A stretch of 64,000 nt of DNA from Amoebophrya sp. A120 (taxonomy: Eukaryota > Protista > Dinoflagellata), in contig CAJINV010000019.1 of NCBI GenBank assembly GCA_905178155.1, positions 316,475 to 380,474 on the forward strand, in the 5' to 3' direction. Both the position numbers and the translations under genes were made by a program. The notes beneath the pieces are model-generated. The model did no database searches and had not been told where the DNA came from. It saw nothing but the letters and a program-made list of their open reading frames with translations. This document shows positions 13,060-26,600 of the stretch, piece after piece; position 1 is the first letter of the stretch; each line of letters opens with the position of its first letter.

Positions 13060-16000
13060 CTACATCCACTTGTTATTCAGTGACACGACCCGGCTTTTGC
13101 TTCCGTCCTGCACGGTCGGTACGGACGCTAAATCATGCACCGCCCCCTCCTTCTGCGCCGCGGCCGAACGGCACTCGAGCCGGACCTCCCCCTCGTACAG
13201 CCCTCGTTGCATTTGCTCGATGGTTCTCGTGCCGAGATCTTGCATGCCGTGCTTCACGCCCTGGAGAACGTAGGGAATTAGAGCGGAGACGGAACCCTGT
13301 GGTCAACAAGATGGTATCATTGTAGAAAAGTGCTTCTCGTCTGTACCTAAACCTATGCACCTCACTGCATTGATCAAGCCAAAAGCGTTTAGCCACACAC
13401 GACCAGGCACCGTCACACGATCCATCACAACAGATTCATCTCCGGATTGGCAGGCAAACGGTATTCAAACCGTCCTTCTTGCATCAAAAGATAGTTTGTT
13501 CTATACCTTGTCAATCACTGCTCCGGCGACCCCCGTCCGGACGTATCCTGAGTAAAAACGTACCCACGCCAGAGTTGTAATGCAGATTTGCAAAGACAGG
13601 AAGACTTGTAATGCGCATCCCCATGCGAGCCATTTCCAGTCGTGTTTTGGAATTTGTGATGCTGTGAACAGGATGAGCAGCTGGATTTGTGATGCGGCTG
13701 CACTTGCTAACCTGCACCACACTGCAGAGTGCAACTTGTCATGCGTGACTCACAAAACGGCTAGGTTTGTGTTGCACAATCCCCATCCTGACTCTGATGT
13801 GGGTACGTTTTTACTCAGGATAGGACGGAAGAGGTCGTTAGGTGCATGGAGGTCCTCCTGTGGCCACTCGCTGCGTTTCTACCCGTGCTATCAAAAGGAA
13901 AAATTCCCCCGCCTGGTATCAAAAAGAGGTTTCTGATGCTGGATTTCAGTACACAGACCAGATTTGTCTTGCAGTAGAGGACTGCAGGCATATGCCAAGC
14001 CTGAGCCGCGATGTTTTGGCGTAGGCTCCTAGCATGAAAAACGTCGATGGTGTAGGCCCAATAGCATCACAAACCGCCTGCATGATGCGGCGGATTCTCT
14101 GGATTTGCCTGCATGCAAGACAGACAGGATTTGTGGTCACAAATACGCATCACAGATTTTCAGAAGGATGCGCTTTCAACACGGGGAGGGAGGATTTTTC
14201 CTCACGATATGTGCGGCTGCTTGGGCTCAGGGATCCGGAACCGCCTCCGCCGGCGCTGGAAGCCGTGCCACGAATACCTTGCATACAGAAAGGAAATTAT
14301 ATCGAGCTGGACTACGAGGTGAAGAGAGCATAATCGAGATGAGCATTTCGATATCCGCTTTTCGTCTATCTCTCAACACACCACTTCCTGTTCCTTGTCG
14401 TACCAGGAGAGCGAATAAAATGCGCGAAAAAGTAAGTAAAGTCCCTCAATGTTACTGTATGTGGTATCACCTCGAAACGCCTTCACGCGGAGGCCGTTGT
14501 GGTAGAAATAGTCTCCCGGCGTTTCTTCTGTTCCCGCGAGCATGGATCCGCAAACCACAGCGGCAGCGCCAAGACACAGCGCCTTCATCATTTGCCCACT
14601 GTTACCGACACCGCCATCTGGGAAATTTTTTTTTTGTGAAGAAAAGGAATGCTTCGAATGATAGCAATCAATACACGTAGATAGGTAGCACCACCACGTG
14701 GTCCCAAGAACACCACGCCCTTGTTGCAACAAGTCGCAGGACAATAAAACATCTTCCCTTCTTACCGGCCAAGACCGGCACCCCGTATTTTTCTCTCGCG
14801 TATTTTGCCACCGTATAAACCGCAGTTGCTTGCGGTCTACCCACCGCCGCCACATCGCCGGTCATGGCAACTGAGCCGCTACCCATTCCCACCTTTATGG
14901 CGTCCGCTCCGGCGTCGCAAAGAGCCTGGTTTGGGGCGCGGTTTGGATCATTGTAATTTACTAGCATGGGGATCAGAATTATTGGGGTACGATACTGCAA
15001 GACGCCATTTATCTGCATGGAGAGAAGCGAACACTCATACAAATCTCGTCCGTGCATACCGAATGAAAAAGTGAATGGAGCTGCAACACCTTATATTCAT
15101 ACGGTACCTTAGCCTGTCTGCAACTGACAACGTTTCCGGCGACGACGTCTATGCCTGGAAAAGACTTTTTGATCTTTTTCAGTAAGTCGATCTGCCCCTG
15201 TGAGTCCCCCTGGTCCGAATCCAAACACAAAACATCAACGCCACATTGTACGCATCTCTGTGCCCGGTAAAAAGCGTCTTCGTTTTCGCCGTGGGACAGA
15301 CAGGGTATCGCTGCAGCGACCTGTTTTGAATGAATTTACGTCGAATTTTCAATTCGATTTCCGCATCACAGGTCTTCTGCATCGTGTGGACCACAGTGCT
15401 GACAACGAAGAAGAATCGATTCGGAAGAAATAATCGGAAAAATGCAAACCACACGCGATTAGACATCATGGTCTCCCTGTCTATAAATGTTCGTACCAGC
15501 AGCTGTTTATTCGCGTCTTTACTTGCCAGCGGGTATTCTCGATTGGTTTTCAGGTCTGTCCTTGAAACCAGCGCCACCAAATCGCCCTCCTTGTTGACGA
15601 TGGGCAGCTTGCCCACCTTCGCCTCCTGCAGTTTCTCGTTGGCCTTCTGCAGGGATATTGGTTCTATCCCGGTGATTAAATCCGTGGTCATCACCTCGGA
15701 AAGCTTGGAATTTCTATCTTCCACCAGGTCAATATCCCGGCTGGTGACAATGCCGAGCAGTTTCCCGCCAAACTCGCCCGTGGAGGTGATTGGTGCGGAG
15801 CTGTACCCCCGCTTCTCCTTCATTTTGTCCAGATCGCGAATGGTTTGGTTCGGTGTCATGCACACAGGGTCCATGATGAACCCATTCTCGTACCTTTTCA
15901 CGTCCAAAATCTGTTGCGACTGCGTTTCCACGTCCTGGTTCCCGTGGATGATGCCGATACCGCCCCACAGCGCCATGGCGATGGCCATTTCTGCCTCTGT

Positions 16001-16404
16001 CACGGTGTCCATGGGAGAGGATATGATTGGTGTTTTCACCTCCAAATTTCGCGTGATCCGGGTGGAAAGGTCGACGTTTTCTACCTGAGTAGATGGAGTG
16101 AAACGATTTTTAAGATTAAGTAGCTGAGTTCTACGAAATCGGACAGGAGCGCAGTCGGAGTTGTGCAATCTTACGCAACATCATCAGCGGTCTTTTTGGA
16201 GCAATTCCGGCTTCTGTCGCCGTCAATCTTGCGAAACTCAGTACGAAAAAGAGCCCTATTATTTCTATCTATCATCTTAAGTACCCCGAAGTCAATGTGC
16301 CCGGGCATGAGGATAATGTCGTCATAGGCCAATGCCGACTGTTTCATGGTACTGAAAACCTCATCGGCTGTCCAGCCGTTCGCACCGTTTCCGCGGTCCG
16401 GCAT
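13060..16404 (-). CDS. IMPDH: Inosine-5'-monophosphate dehydrogenase homologue with CBS pair; catalytic Cys replaced by Ala
   Basis: LAYDDIILMPGHIDF, TPIISSPMDTVTE, GGIGIIH, CBS pair (GIVTSRDID, GKLPIVN), DSDQGDS, AGNVV, KVGMGSGS, GRPQATAVY, DGGV, QDLG. GT-AG introns plus 2 TIR elements. Confidence 0.92.
13544..13822. mobile_element. Family B TIR element
   Basis: TSD GGACG/GGACG. Confidence 0.9.
13889..14209. mobile_element. Family D TIR element (TATC....GGAAAAATCCCCCTCCCC)
   Basis: TSD CGTGC/TGTGC. Confidence 0.88.
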
Positions 16405-17686
16405 GATTTTCGTTGTGTGTTTTGTTCTTGCCACCAAGATGAATCCGTGGTCTGTGTCGCGAACTAGAAAGCAGGAGTCCTCGGTCGTTGACAGCCCACG
16501 ACAATGAACGCGACCTAGAAGTGCGGAACCTCTCTTTCCTTTCGCCCTTCTTGAGTCTACTTCTTAGCGTGAGGAGCACCGAACTCAGAACTCACGGCAG
16601 GTCACGAGGACAAGAGTGTTCTTGCAGGTGTGCGTGTTCCCGGCCGACCGAAATTGCTCATGCAGTAACCAGCTGCGGTCCTCGAGGACTCATGGCGAAG
16701 GACGAATATGCCATCTTGATTCTTGGTCGTGATAAATCATTCTCCTGCATAGGTAAATGGAGAAGCTCTGCACTGTCTGCTGCCCACACGCTTGGCCCGC
16801 TTCTGGTCGAATGAAATGTGACCGAAGACAAACGATGTTCTTGAACATCTTCGTACATCATAAGCAAGTACTCGCAAGTACAAGAAGAGAGGAAGCACGA
16901 AAAAAAGTGAAAGTCCAAAGAACGACAAAGATCTCATCAACAGATGAAAAAGCGAAAAAGGACCGAGAACCAGGCTTATCAAAATCAGGATCTTTTCATT
17001 CTTAGTTCAACAGGGCCAAGGCCAAGGCGATGTGCTGATCCTGCATTTTCCTTTTGAACACGACGGTCCAAGAAAAGCCGGTGGCTTCGGCTAATCCACA
17101 AGCCTTCAGAGACGATCTTCGCGGACGATTACCGAGGCCGCTAGCTTTATTTCCGACCTGTCGTGTGCACCGTTTGTATCGCGGCTCTTGTTCTTGAGAG
17201 TCTTCGTCTTGTGCGAATGTTGTTGAAGTCGCATTGCCATTTGAGTTCAGTGCTCCAACAGGTCTTCAAAAAAAATCCGATAATGTTGACTTCAATCATC
17301 CGTCTCCTTTATAGCCTTTCAGTTTCTTCACGTTCACTTTACGGCATCCCTTCTATTTTTTGTTTTTCCGACTTTCTTGTCCTCGACAACTTCACTACTT
17401 CACTCTCTACTTCTAGATATTGTTTTCAGTTTTTCACTGATTCGGGGATTGTCAAAAATTGGCTTGTTTTATTCTGAGTCAGTCAGGTGAATTGAAAAAA
17501 AGCAGCACTGAAAGAATGTGTAGTTATGTAGCTGCAAAATTGAAGTCTACTGGATTCAAACTGAATCAAACGATCGTACACGGAAACTACATCAGCATCT
17601 TGATCTAGCACTTGCACTACAATATTTTTACTTTCAAAAAAAGAATTTCACAAGTCAATTAACTCAAAGCCTCGTCAACACCTTTC

Positions 17687-20600
17687 CTAGCTTACCCAGC
17701 TCTGCAAGTAGCTCCGATTTGCCTCCAGCCCCTCCTGCAAGACGTGTTTCTGAAAGGCAGAATCATTGCCCACGACGTGCTTGTAGGCGATGGCCAACGG
17801 CTGACACACGACGAGAATGAATCCCAGCGTTACTTTCGACGTGTCCGTCGCGTCGCGGTCGCAAAACGGGGAAACCTGCGGAAAAAACTCTCGCTGCACG
17901 TCCCCCTGGTTGAAAGTATGGATCGCAAAAGCTAGGGAAGTAGCCCAGGCCCACCTCAAAGTTCAAATGAAATTGACCTATCGTGCGAGCCCGGCGAACT
18001 ACATGACAAATATCAAGCTTTCGATCATCTACGGTGGAAGCACTTCTGTCGTGCAATTGCTATCTGCAGATCATCCTGGAGGTATCTATTCACACCTGTT
18101 TCGCAGCTTTTGCAGTGCATAGAAAAACTCATCATGGAGCTTCTCGCTCCACCGGAGCATCTGCTGCAGCGGCCGGCAGCACCAGGAATAGTCGGCGTGT
18201 CCTGAGTAAAAACGTACCCACGCCAGAGTTGTAATGCAGATTTGCAAAGACAGGAAGACTTGTAATGCGCATCCCCATGAGAGCCATATCCAATCGCGTT
18301 TTGGAATTTGTGATGCTGTGAACAGGATGAGCAGCTGGATTTGTGATGCGGCTGCACTTGCTAGCCTGCACTACACTACAGAGCTCAACTTGTCATGCGT
18401 GACTCACAAAACTCCTAGGTTTGTGTTGCAAAATCCTCATCCTAACTCTGGTGTGGGTACGTTTTTACTCAGGATACGGCGAGCTTCAGTGTCATCGCCA
18501 GCAGCAACGCCACATCTTCGAACGAGGCCAGCGTGTCCATGCCCGCGGCAAGCTTCGTCTTGAACAGGCTCATATGCATTGCAAATATGTCTGGGTCTGG
18601 ATGGATTCAACTTTGTGATGCGAGTTCTACATCATGACGAAATCTGTCATGCATGGTCAGCAAAAGACCCCATTTCCTGTTACAGAAAGGGGGCACTTGT
18701 CATGCGGATTAGGCATTGGGGTACCTGCTCGGAATCTGTGATGCTAGGGCTTGCATGCCAGACGATCTGAGCTAGGCAAAAACTGCATCACAAATGTCTG
18801 CACTCTTCCAGACCCAGACATATTTGCATTTGGTAGCTCACCTCGCGGAAGTGCTGGCTCAAGTCCGTTTTCAAAATCGCGGCGATCAGTAACTTGCGGA
18901 ACGCTTCCTGCATGTCTTTGGGCACGTGCAGGAGAAAGTTCAGCTCCGGGTCGGCTAGGTTGGTAAACGTCAAGGACAACGAGTAGGACTGGTTCACAGC
19001 CTTGTCGTTGTATCGGATGGCGCGCGGGTGCTTCACCTGAATCAGGAAGTCGTTCGACAAGCCGGGGTACTCGAGGTACAGCGTCATGCACCCGAAGAAG
19101 AGCGTGAACATGTGCAGCGGCATATCATAAGGAAAAATCCCCTCTCCCCATATCGAAACGGTATGGCACCGAAAATTTGCGCTGCTGATTTGAGACCACA
19201 AGTAGCCATGTCTGTCTTGCAAGAAGACAAGCGCAGAGGCTTCCTCGCCATTATGGAATCGATTTGGCATGCTGTTGGGCCTAGAGGACAGCCGTTTGCA
19301 ATGCTAAACCACTAGACCCAAACCAACGCCCCTACCTAGGCTGAGGATCTGGCTGCGATGCCTTACTGCAAGACAAATCGGATTTGTGTACGCAAATCCA
19401 GCATCAGAAATTTCGTTTTGATGTGGGGAGGGGGGATTTTTCATGTTGATACGGCATCAGGTTCGGGTTTTGCTGCAGCAGCCCGTGCTGCAGAAAGTAG
19501 TGCACCGACTGCGCCATGTATCGCAAGAAAAAACTGCTTCACTGTGAACTTGTGATGCAGAAAATGGGACACAGAACTCTTTGTCTTGCTACAACTGCAA
19601 GGCATTAGATTTGCAAGCGTGTTTTCCCTTAGGAAGCGCGCATGACAAAGTTTCAGTGTCATGTGTAGCAAACTTCTGATGCAGATCTTGCAAAGTCATC
19701 ACAGTGAAACAGTTTTTTCCTGTGATACCATGTTGCAGGCATGCGCGAACCCGTGGAACGGCACCTGGGCGCGGTGCCGCTCCTGCGCGAAACTGCAGAA
19801 ATTGAACAACAGGTCGAAATCCAAGTTCAAAATGCCCACCAAATCGTAGCAGATCAGCAGTTTGAGGAAAATCACCGGAATGGCGTTCACGTCGCACACC
19901 TCGGCCGCCATCAGCATGTCGCATATTGTGAGGAAAAATCCCCCCTCCCCATACCAAAGTGCGATACTTCAGAAAATTTGTGATGCTGATTGGACGCCAC
20001 AAATCGTCTCTGTATTGCAAGGAGGCAAATCCAAAAGCCCCGCCGTGTTCTGCGGGCAATTTGCAATGCTGTATGACCTACGGAGGACATGCCTGCCTTG
20101 CTAGGCGGCTACGCCAAAACGTCCCTACTCCGGCTGTGAATCTGTCTGCAGTCCTCTACTGCAAGACAAATCCGATTTGTGTACCCAAATCCTGCATCAC
20201 AGATTTCCATTTCGATACGGGGAGAGGATATTTTTTCTTTCGATATCGCACGACCAGTCGTCCATCAGCCGCAACGCGGTTTCGATCTGCTCCTCCTTAT
20301 CAAATGCAAATATGTCCGGGTCTGGAAGATTTGGGGAGTTTGTCATGCAAATTGTACATGGCCTCCGATGCCTGTGATGCATTCTCTAGCATCACAGCTT
20401 TCGCAATAAAGTCAAATATCCTAAACCCTAGACCCATAAAACCCTATCGGCGGACCGGGACGGAAGCAGGACGTAGATCGGAGGGAAGAAGATGTGGCGA
20501 AGGGGCGTAGGGGCCGCCTGATCAGAGAAAAAGCGCAAACCGCATGGTCTGAACCTAAAATTACTATGAGAATGTTCATAACCCGAGAGGATAACGACAA

Positions 20601-23600
20601 CGAAAGTGTCGTGCCCCAACCCAAAAAAAATACTGCTTGGTGCCAGTAGGGCCCGGGGAAAACAAAGAGCAAGCAAGAAGAAGGGAAGGTAAAATCTACT
20701 TTCAAAAAGCGCTAGTATAGCCTTATGCTCTGATCCGTCCGGGCGTGCACTCCCATCTGGTTCTAAAGCTTCAGCAGTGCTGGCATCACAGCTTTCGCAA
20801 TAAAGGTTTGCTCATGCCTATTCTGCATGTGAAATGCTCTCTTTGAGTGGCAACAATCTGAGCGCCTTTTGCCTCTCATGCAATACAGATTTTTGTGTGA
20901 TCGACAGCTAGCATCACAAATCCCATGCTTTCCAGACCCAGACATATTTGCAGTTCATACTCCTCCCCGGCAGACAAATTTGACCGTAAGTACAGCTGTG
21001 AGTGCAGTTGCGCCACAATGTCCTCCTGCGTGGCCTGCTTGCCCCCGGTGTTCACCTCCGAGGGCCGGCGCGCTCGGCTCATGGAGCGGACCGACGTCGT
21101 CATGCCCGCGCCCCCGCCCCGGGTGTAGGACCCGCCCCGCGTGTAGGAGCTCGTCCCCGCCTGGCGGGTGTAGGACCCCCGGGTGTAGCTCCCCCGTATC
21201 AAATGTAAAAATGTCTGGGTCTGGAAGATGGCAACTTGTCATGCTAAATCTGAATCAGGCAAAAAACTGTGTTGCATGATTGCCAAAAGCTGTGCACTTT
21301 TGACCTAATCGAGAGGCAGTTTCTCGTGCAGGATAGGCATTGGAACGAAAGGCTTCGCAGAATCTGTCATGCGATGTCCTACATACCAGACCTCATGGGT
21401 TATGGAAAACCTGCATGACAAACCTTGCACTTTTCCAGACCCAGATGTCTTTGCAATCCATACCCCGCACCCCGCCCCGATTGACCACGGAACCGCGGTT
21501 GGCAAAAGACCTATCAACTGGAAAAATGTCTGGGTCTGGAAGAATGCAACTTGTCATGCTAAATCTGAAGCATGCAAAAATCTGTGTTGCATGATTACCA
21601 AAAGTCGTCCAGTTTTGACCAAGTCGGGAGGGAGTTTCTCATGCAGGATAGGCATGAGAGAGATCGCACAGAATCTGCCATGCTAGGTCCTGCATTCCAG
21701 ACCTCATGGGTCAGGGAAAAGCTGCATGACAAGTCGCGCATTCTTCCAGACCCAGACATTTTTACATTTGATAAGACCCGCGGACCTGCGACTGCGCCAC
21801 GTAGGTGCCCCGTATCAAAATGAAAAATCCCCCCTCCCCATATCAAAAGAGAAATCTGTGATGCGGGATCTGTGTACACAAATCACACTTGTCTTGCAGG
21901 AAAGCACTGCACGCAGATCGCAAGCGTGAGGGGGTGCCTTTTGGTGCAGGAACCTAGCATGGCAGACGTCTGCCCTGTAGGCCTTGCAGCATTACAAAAC
22001 GCCTGCATATCGCGGCGGACTGTCTAGATTTGTCTTCTGGCAAGACAGACAGGATTTGTGGTCACAAATCTGCATCACAAATTTTCGGAAGGACATGTTT
22101 TCAATATGGGGAGGGGGGATTTTTCCTTGCAATACCCCGCACGTTGTCCTCGCCGCTGCCGCCCATGCCGGCGGCCGTCGCCGTCCCGGACGAATTCGCC
22201 GTGCCGTCACCGAGCTGTTGGAGATGATAGGATTCATTCTCGTGTCTTGTTCATAAACGAACCCCGTGCTGAAGCAAGAAAAAAGTTTTGGCTTGTTTAC
22301 GGATTTTATTTGGCAACTGTATGCTCTTCTCCTTCGTTCATCATGAGCAGACAAAACAAAAACGATGCTGAGGATGACGTGATTGGATCTTCTTCTGTTG
22401 AGACCACCACACGATATCGATTTCTATCTCCAAAAACATGCAGTCAACTTACTTGCTGTATCCACGCCGTCATGCTGGCGTCGTTTTTTTCGCTGTCGTT
22501 TTTGCTTTTGCCCTCGTCTTCCGTCGGATCATCGACGGACACCTTGTACAGCTTGTTTTCCAGGATCATGTCCACAATCCATTCGAGGTCCTGCCCCGTC
22601 TGCGCCGGAATCTTCAGGTTCTGCAGCTTCTCCAAAAGCTCTAGCACCCGCTCCACGTGCGATTTCGCCCCGTCCGCGAGCGTTTTGGTGACTTTCTTCA
22701 GCTTCCGCCGCGAATCGGAGATCATCACCATCACGCGCACCAGACGGAGCAGCCGGAGCAGCCCCAATATGAAATGCAAAGCGAAAGCACTCGTATAAAT
22801 GTATTACAAATTTCCTCAGCATGAGAAATGAAATTTGTACTGCTAATTTGCCGTAAGAGCAGGATTTGTAATGCATGTATGATTACAATACGAGTGCGAT
22901 ACTTTTGCACAGGATACCCAACCCCGTGGTACCAACGGTGGACCCGAGAAACACGAACCAACAGATGAAGGAGACCAGCACGATGACGGAGTCGAAGAAA
23001 TTCCAGGGGTCCAGGATGAAAGGCAAAAATCCCCCCTCCCCATATCGAGACGAAGTTTCTGATGCTGGAATTCCGTACACAAATGCGCGCTGTCTTGCAG
23101 TACGGCATCACTGCCGGATCCTCAGCCTAGGTAGGGGCGTTTGTCTAGTTGTTTAGCATTACAAACGGCTACCCTCTAGGCCCAACAGCATGACAAATCC
23201 CTCCGCAAATGGCACGGAAGCCCCTGCGCTTGTCTTCTTGCAAGACAAATCTGATTTGTGGCCACAAATCAGCAACACAAATTTTCGGAGACATACCGTT
23301 TCGATATGGGGAGGGGGAGTTTTTCCTCATGATATCCAGGATGAAAGTGGTTCCGTACCCGAAGAGCTTCAGCGCGATCTCCAGCACGAAGAGGAGCATG
23401 ATGCAGAAGTCCAGGTATGTGAAGGCGTAGTACAGCGACAATCGCCCCTGTTCAGACAGCCCCGGACACAAGGAGGAGGTTTTGCACTCATTCGGTTCGT
23501 CCGAAAGCTTCCAGCAGTCGGAGATAACGATGGACAGCATGAGGAACGACGCGTAGAAGCCGACGAGACTGTTGAGGTAGTTAAGTCCTTGACAAATTTC

Positions 23601-26600
23601 AGAAACTTTTATCGATGTTGAAGAGAACGCGCACAATTATCTCCTTGTGATTCTTGATGTGGTAGCAGCATGAAATTGAAAAGAGCAAAAGGGTTCGGTG
23701 GATAAGAGAGTACGAAAACGACGACTTAAGATCTTCTACTCAATACCCGATGATAAACACCAGCACCGTGCGCTTTTCCAGAAACTCCCGCGTTCTGCGC
23801 TGCATTTCGTCTAGAAGCGATTCCTGCAACTCCCTATTGAGAAGAAAAATCCCCCCTCCCCATATCGAAAAAGTATCTTTCCGAAAATTTGCATTGCTGA
23901 TTTGAGGTCACAAATCACATTTGTCTTGTAAGAAGACAAAGGTAGAAGCTTCCGCCCCATTATGGAAGCGATTTGTCATGCTGTTGGGCCTAAAGGTCAG
24001 CCGTTTGCAATGCTGAACAACTAGACCCATACGCCACTCGCCAGCCTCGGGATCTGGTCGCAATGCCTTCCTGCAATACGAATCTGATTTGTGTACGCAA
24101 ATCCAGCATCACAGATTTCCTTTTTGATATGGGGAGGGGGGATTTTTCCTTTTCACACTCCCACTGCAGCAGATACTCCTCGTTGTACTCCTGGATTCCG
24201 GGCTGCACCCGGCCGCACTATCAAGTGCAAAAGTGTCTGGGTCTGGAAGAGTGCAGACTTGTCATGCATATTTTCCATGCCTCATGAGGTCTGGAATGCA
24301 GGACCTAGCATGACAGATTCTGCGAAGTCTCTACCATGCCTATCCTGCATGAGAAACTCCCGCTCATGTTGGTCAAATATAAAAGGACAACTGTTGGCGA
24401 TCACGCAACACAGATTTTTGTGTGACCCACAGGACGCATCACAAGTTCCATCCTTCCAGACCCAGACATATTTGCACTTCATACACACCGGCGAATGACC
24501 AAATACCAGATCACCGGTTGAATCAGCAGATTCTTCACCTGGTCGAAGAAGAAGACCAGTTATGCTGTGCAAAACCAAAAGCACTCGTATGGCAATCATG
24601 CATTACAAATCTCTTTCTTAAGGTAAATCCGCATCACAAATATCATTTCTCATGCTGAGGACATTTGTAATGCATTTATACGAGTACGATACTTTTGCAA
24701 TGCATACCAGTGCGAACGTAACCATGATCTGCTCCACCTTGTCCATCCGTGACGCCTGGTGAAATATGGATGTGTCAGAGTTGAAATCGACAAAGTTCTT
24801 GAAATAATTTGTCATGCATAAAATGGATGCCGGTTGGAACCCAGTTTCCAAGTGGCGCAAGACAAACTTCGGTGGTCCCCAAGTCCTGTTTGTCATGCTG
24901 TTTAGGCAAAGAAGAGCGATTTTCTCATGCTACTTTAGCAGCTCGAGCTGTAACCCCAAACGGGCCTACAATCGGCCTCACTTGCCTGCTCTGCAACACA
25001 CGCGCCTCGGGTCATGCATTTTATGCGCTACAAATTATTTCAACTTTGACGATTTCAAACCTGACGCTTCCATATGAAAGGGCCCCAGCATGGTGACGAA
25101 CAGGATGGAGTGCGTGAAAATGACGAAGAATTGGGAAAAGCACTTGCGGTAGGCCTCCTGGAAATCGTACGACTCGTCCAGCACCGACATGTAGAGAAAA
25201 AGGTTCTCGTAAAAAAACTGCAGCGTGTTTGCGACCAGAATGGCTATGAACTGCAAAAGTGTCTGGGTCTGGAAGAATGCAAACTTGTGATGCTGTCTTT
25301 GGATTCTAAAAAGTTCTGTATTGCAACATGACCAGCAAGAGGAGTCCATTTTGCGCTATCCGGGAAGGGCATTTCTCATGCGGAATACGAATCAGGAAGC
25401 CCAATGAATAAAAATCTGTCATGCTAGGTCATGCATTACAGGCATCAGGGGTCATGCAGTGTGTGCACAACAAACCTCTCACTCTTCCAGACCCAGACAT
25501 TTTTGCATTTCATAATGGCCAGAAGGATACCACCGACGGAGATGCACCAGTTTATCCTGAGTAAAAACGTACCCACACCAGAGTCAAGATGGCAAATCTG
25601 CTAGACAAATCAGCCAGCTTTGGTCGTTTGGCATGACAAGTTCGTCTTCGTAGTGTAATCCTGTTTAGGTAGTTCAGCAGCATCACAGATCTAGTATATC
25701 ATGCTGATTGTAGCATCACAAATTCCAAAACACGACTAGACAATGCCTCTCATGGCGCTCCGCATGACAAACCTTTTTGGCATGCAGATTTGCATGACAA
25801 CTCTGGTGTGGGGACGTTTTTACTCAGGATACAGTTGGTCGTAGAATTGTCGGCGAGCTCCTTTTCGAAGCAAAAAGTCCCGAACAAACCGTAGTAGTTT
25901 TCGTACTCATTCTATCGCAAGAAAAAAACATTGTTAGTGTAACTTTGTGATGCGCAACATGCAAAGTGATTGCGGCTGTCATCCTGGGCATGCATTAAAA
26001 GTTCCACCTAAGCGCGTTTTCACGTACCATCTGCGCATGACAGGTTTTTGCTCTCCAGACAGATTTGTCATGCTGTTCCTCCGAAAAAGTTGCACCTACA
26101 ATCTTTTTTCCTGCGATACGCTCGTGGAATAGGGCAGGCACAGCAGCGACTGGTTTGCCTGCTCCACGGAGCTGCAGGCCGGCCGCGTGTCGGTGTTCGA
26201 AGATTCTGCGCTGGACGCGGTGCTGGAAAGGAGCCGATTATTTCCACCGCCCATGAAGCTATTTTTCAGTAACTGCTTGAATGTTGATCCAGGAACTGCA
26301 TCTTCGGGATGAAAGGTGTTGATTTCCTCCCCAGGTTCAGCAATCTCGCCTTCTTCGTCTTGGAGCTGCAGCCGCCGCCCCAGTCTCATGGTCTCCGCAG
26401 TGCTGTCGAAGGAATCATGCGGATTAGGCGCCTCGTGCTGCCGCAGAGGACCTGCGGGTTGCTCATGCTCTCCCCCAACTACGACATCTTTCGCGTCTCC
26501 TACTCCAAAATCCCCATGGGGACGACTACGCGGTTCGCGCCCGACATAAAACAGCGAGTGAAAAGAGTTTTCCACGAATGTACCCGCGGACGAGAGGTGG

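Noticed and set aside
11244-16088. Long plus-strand ORFs (11244-12077, 15330-16088 and similar)
   Set aside because: Antisense shadows of GC-rich minus-strand exons with recognisable homology.
20705-20782. Possible 5S rRNA/tRNA-derived head of the nested insert
   Set aside because: Only a short GATGGGAG...CGCC resemblance; no convincing fold or A/B boxes by eye.
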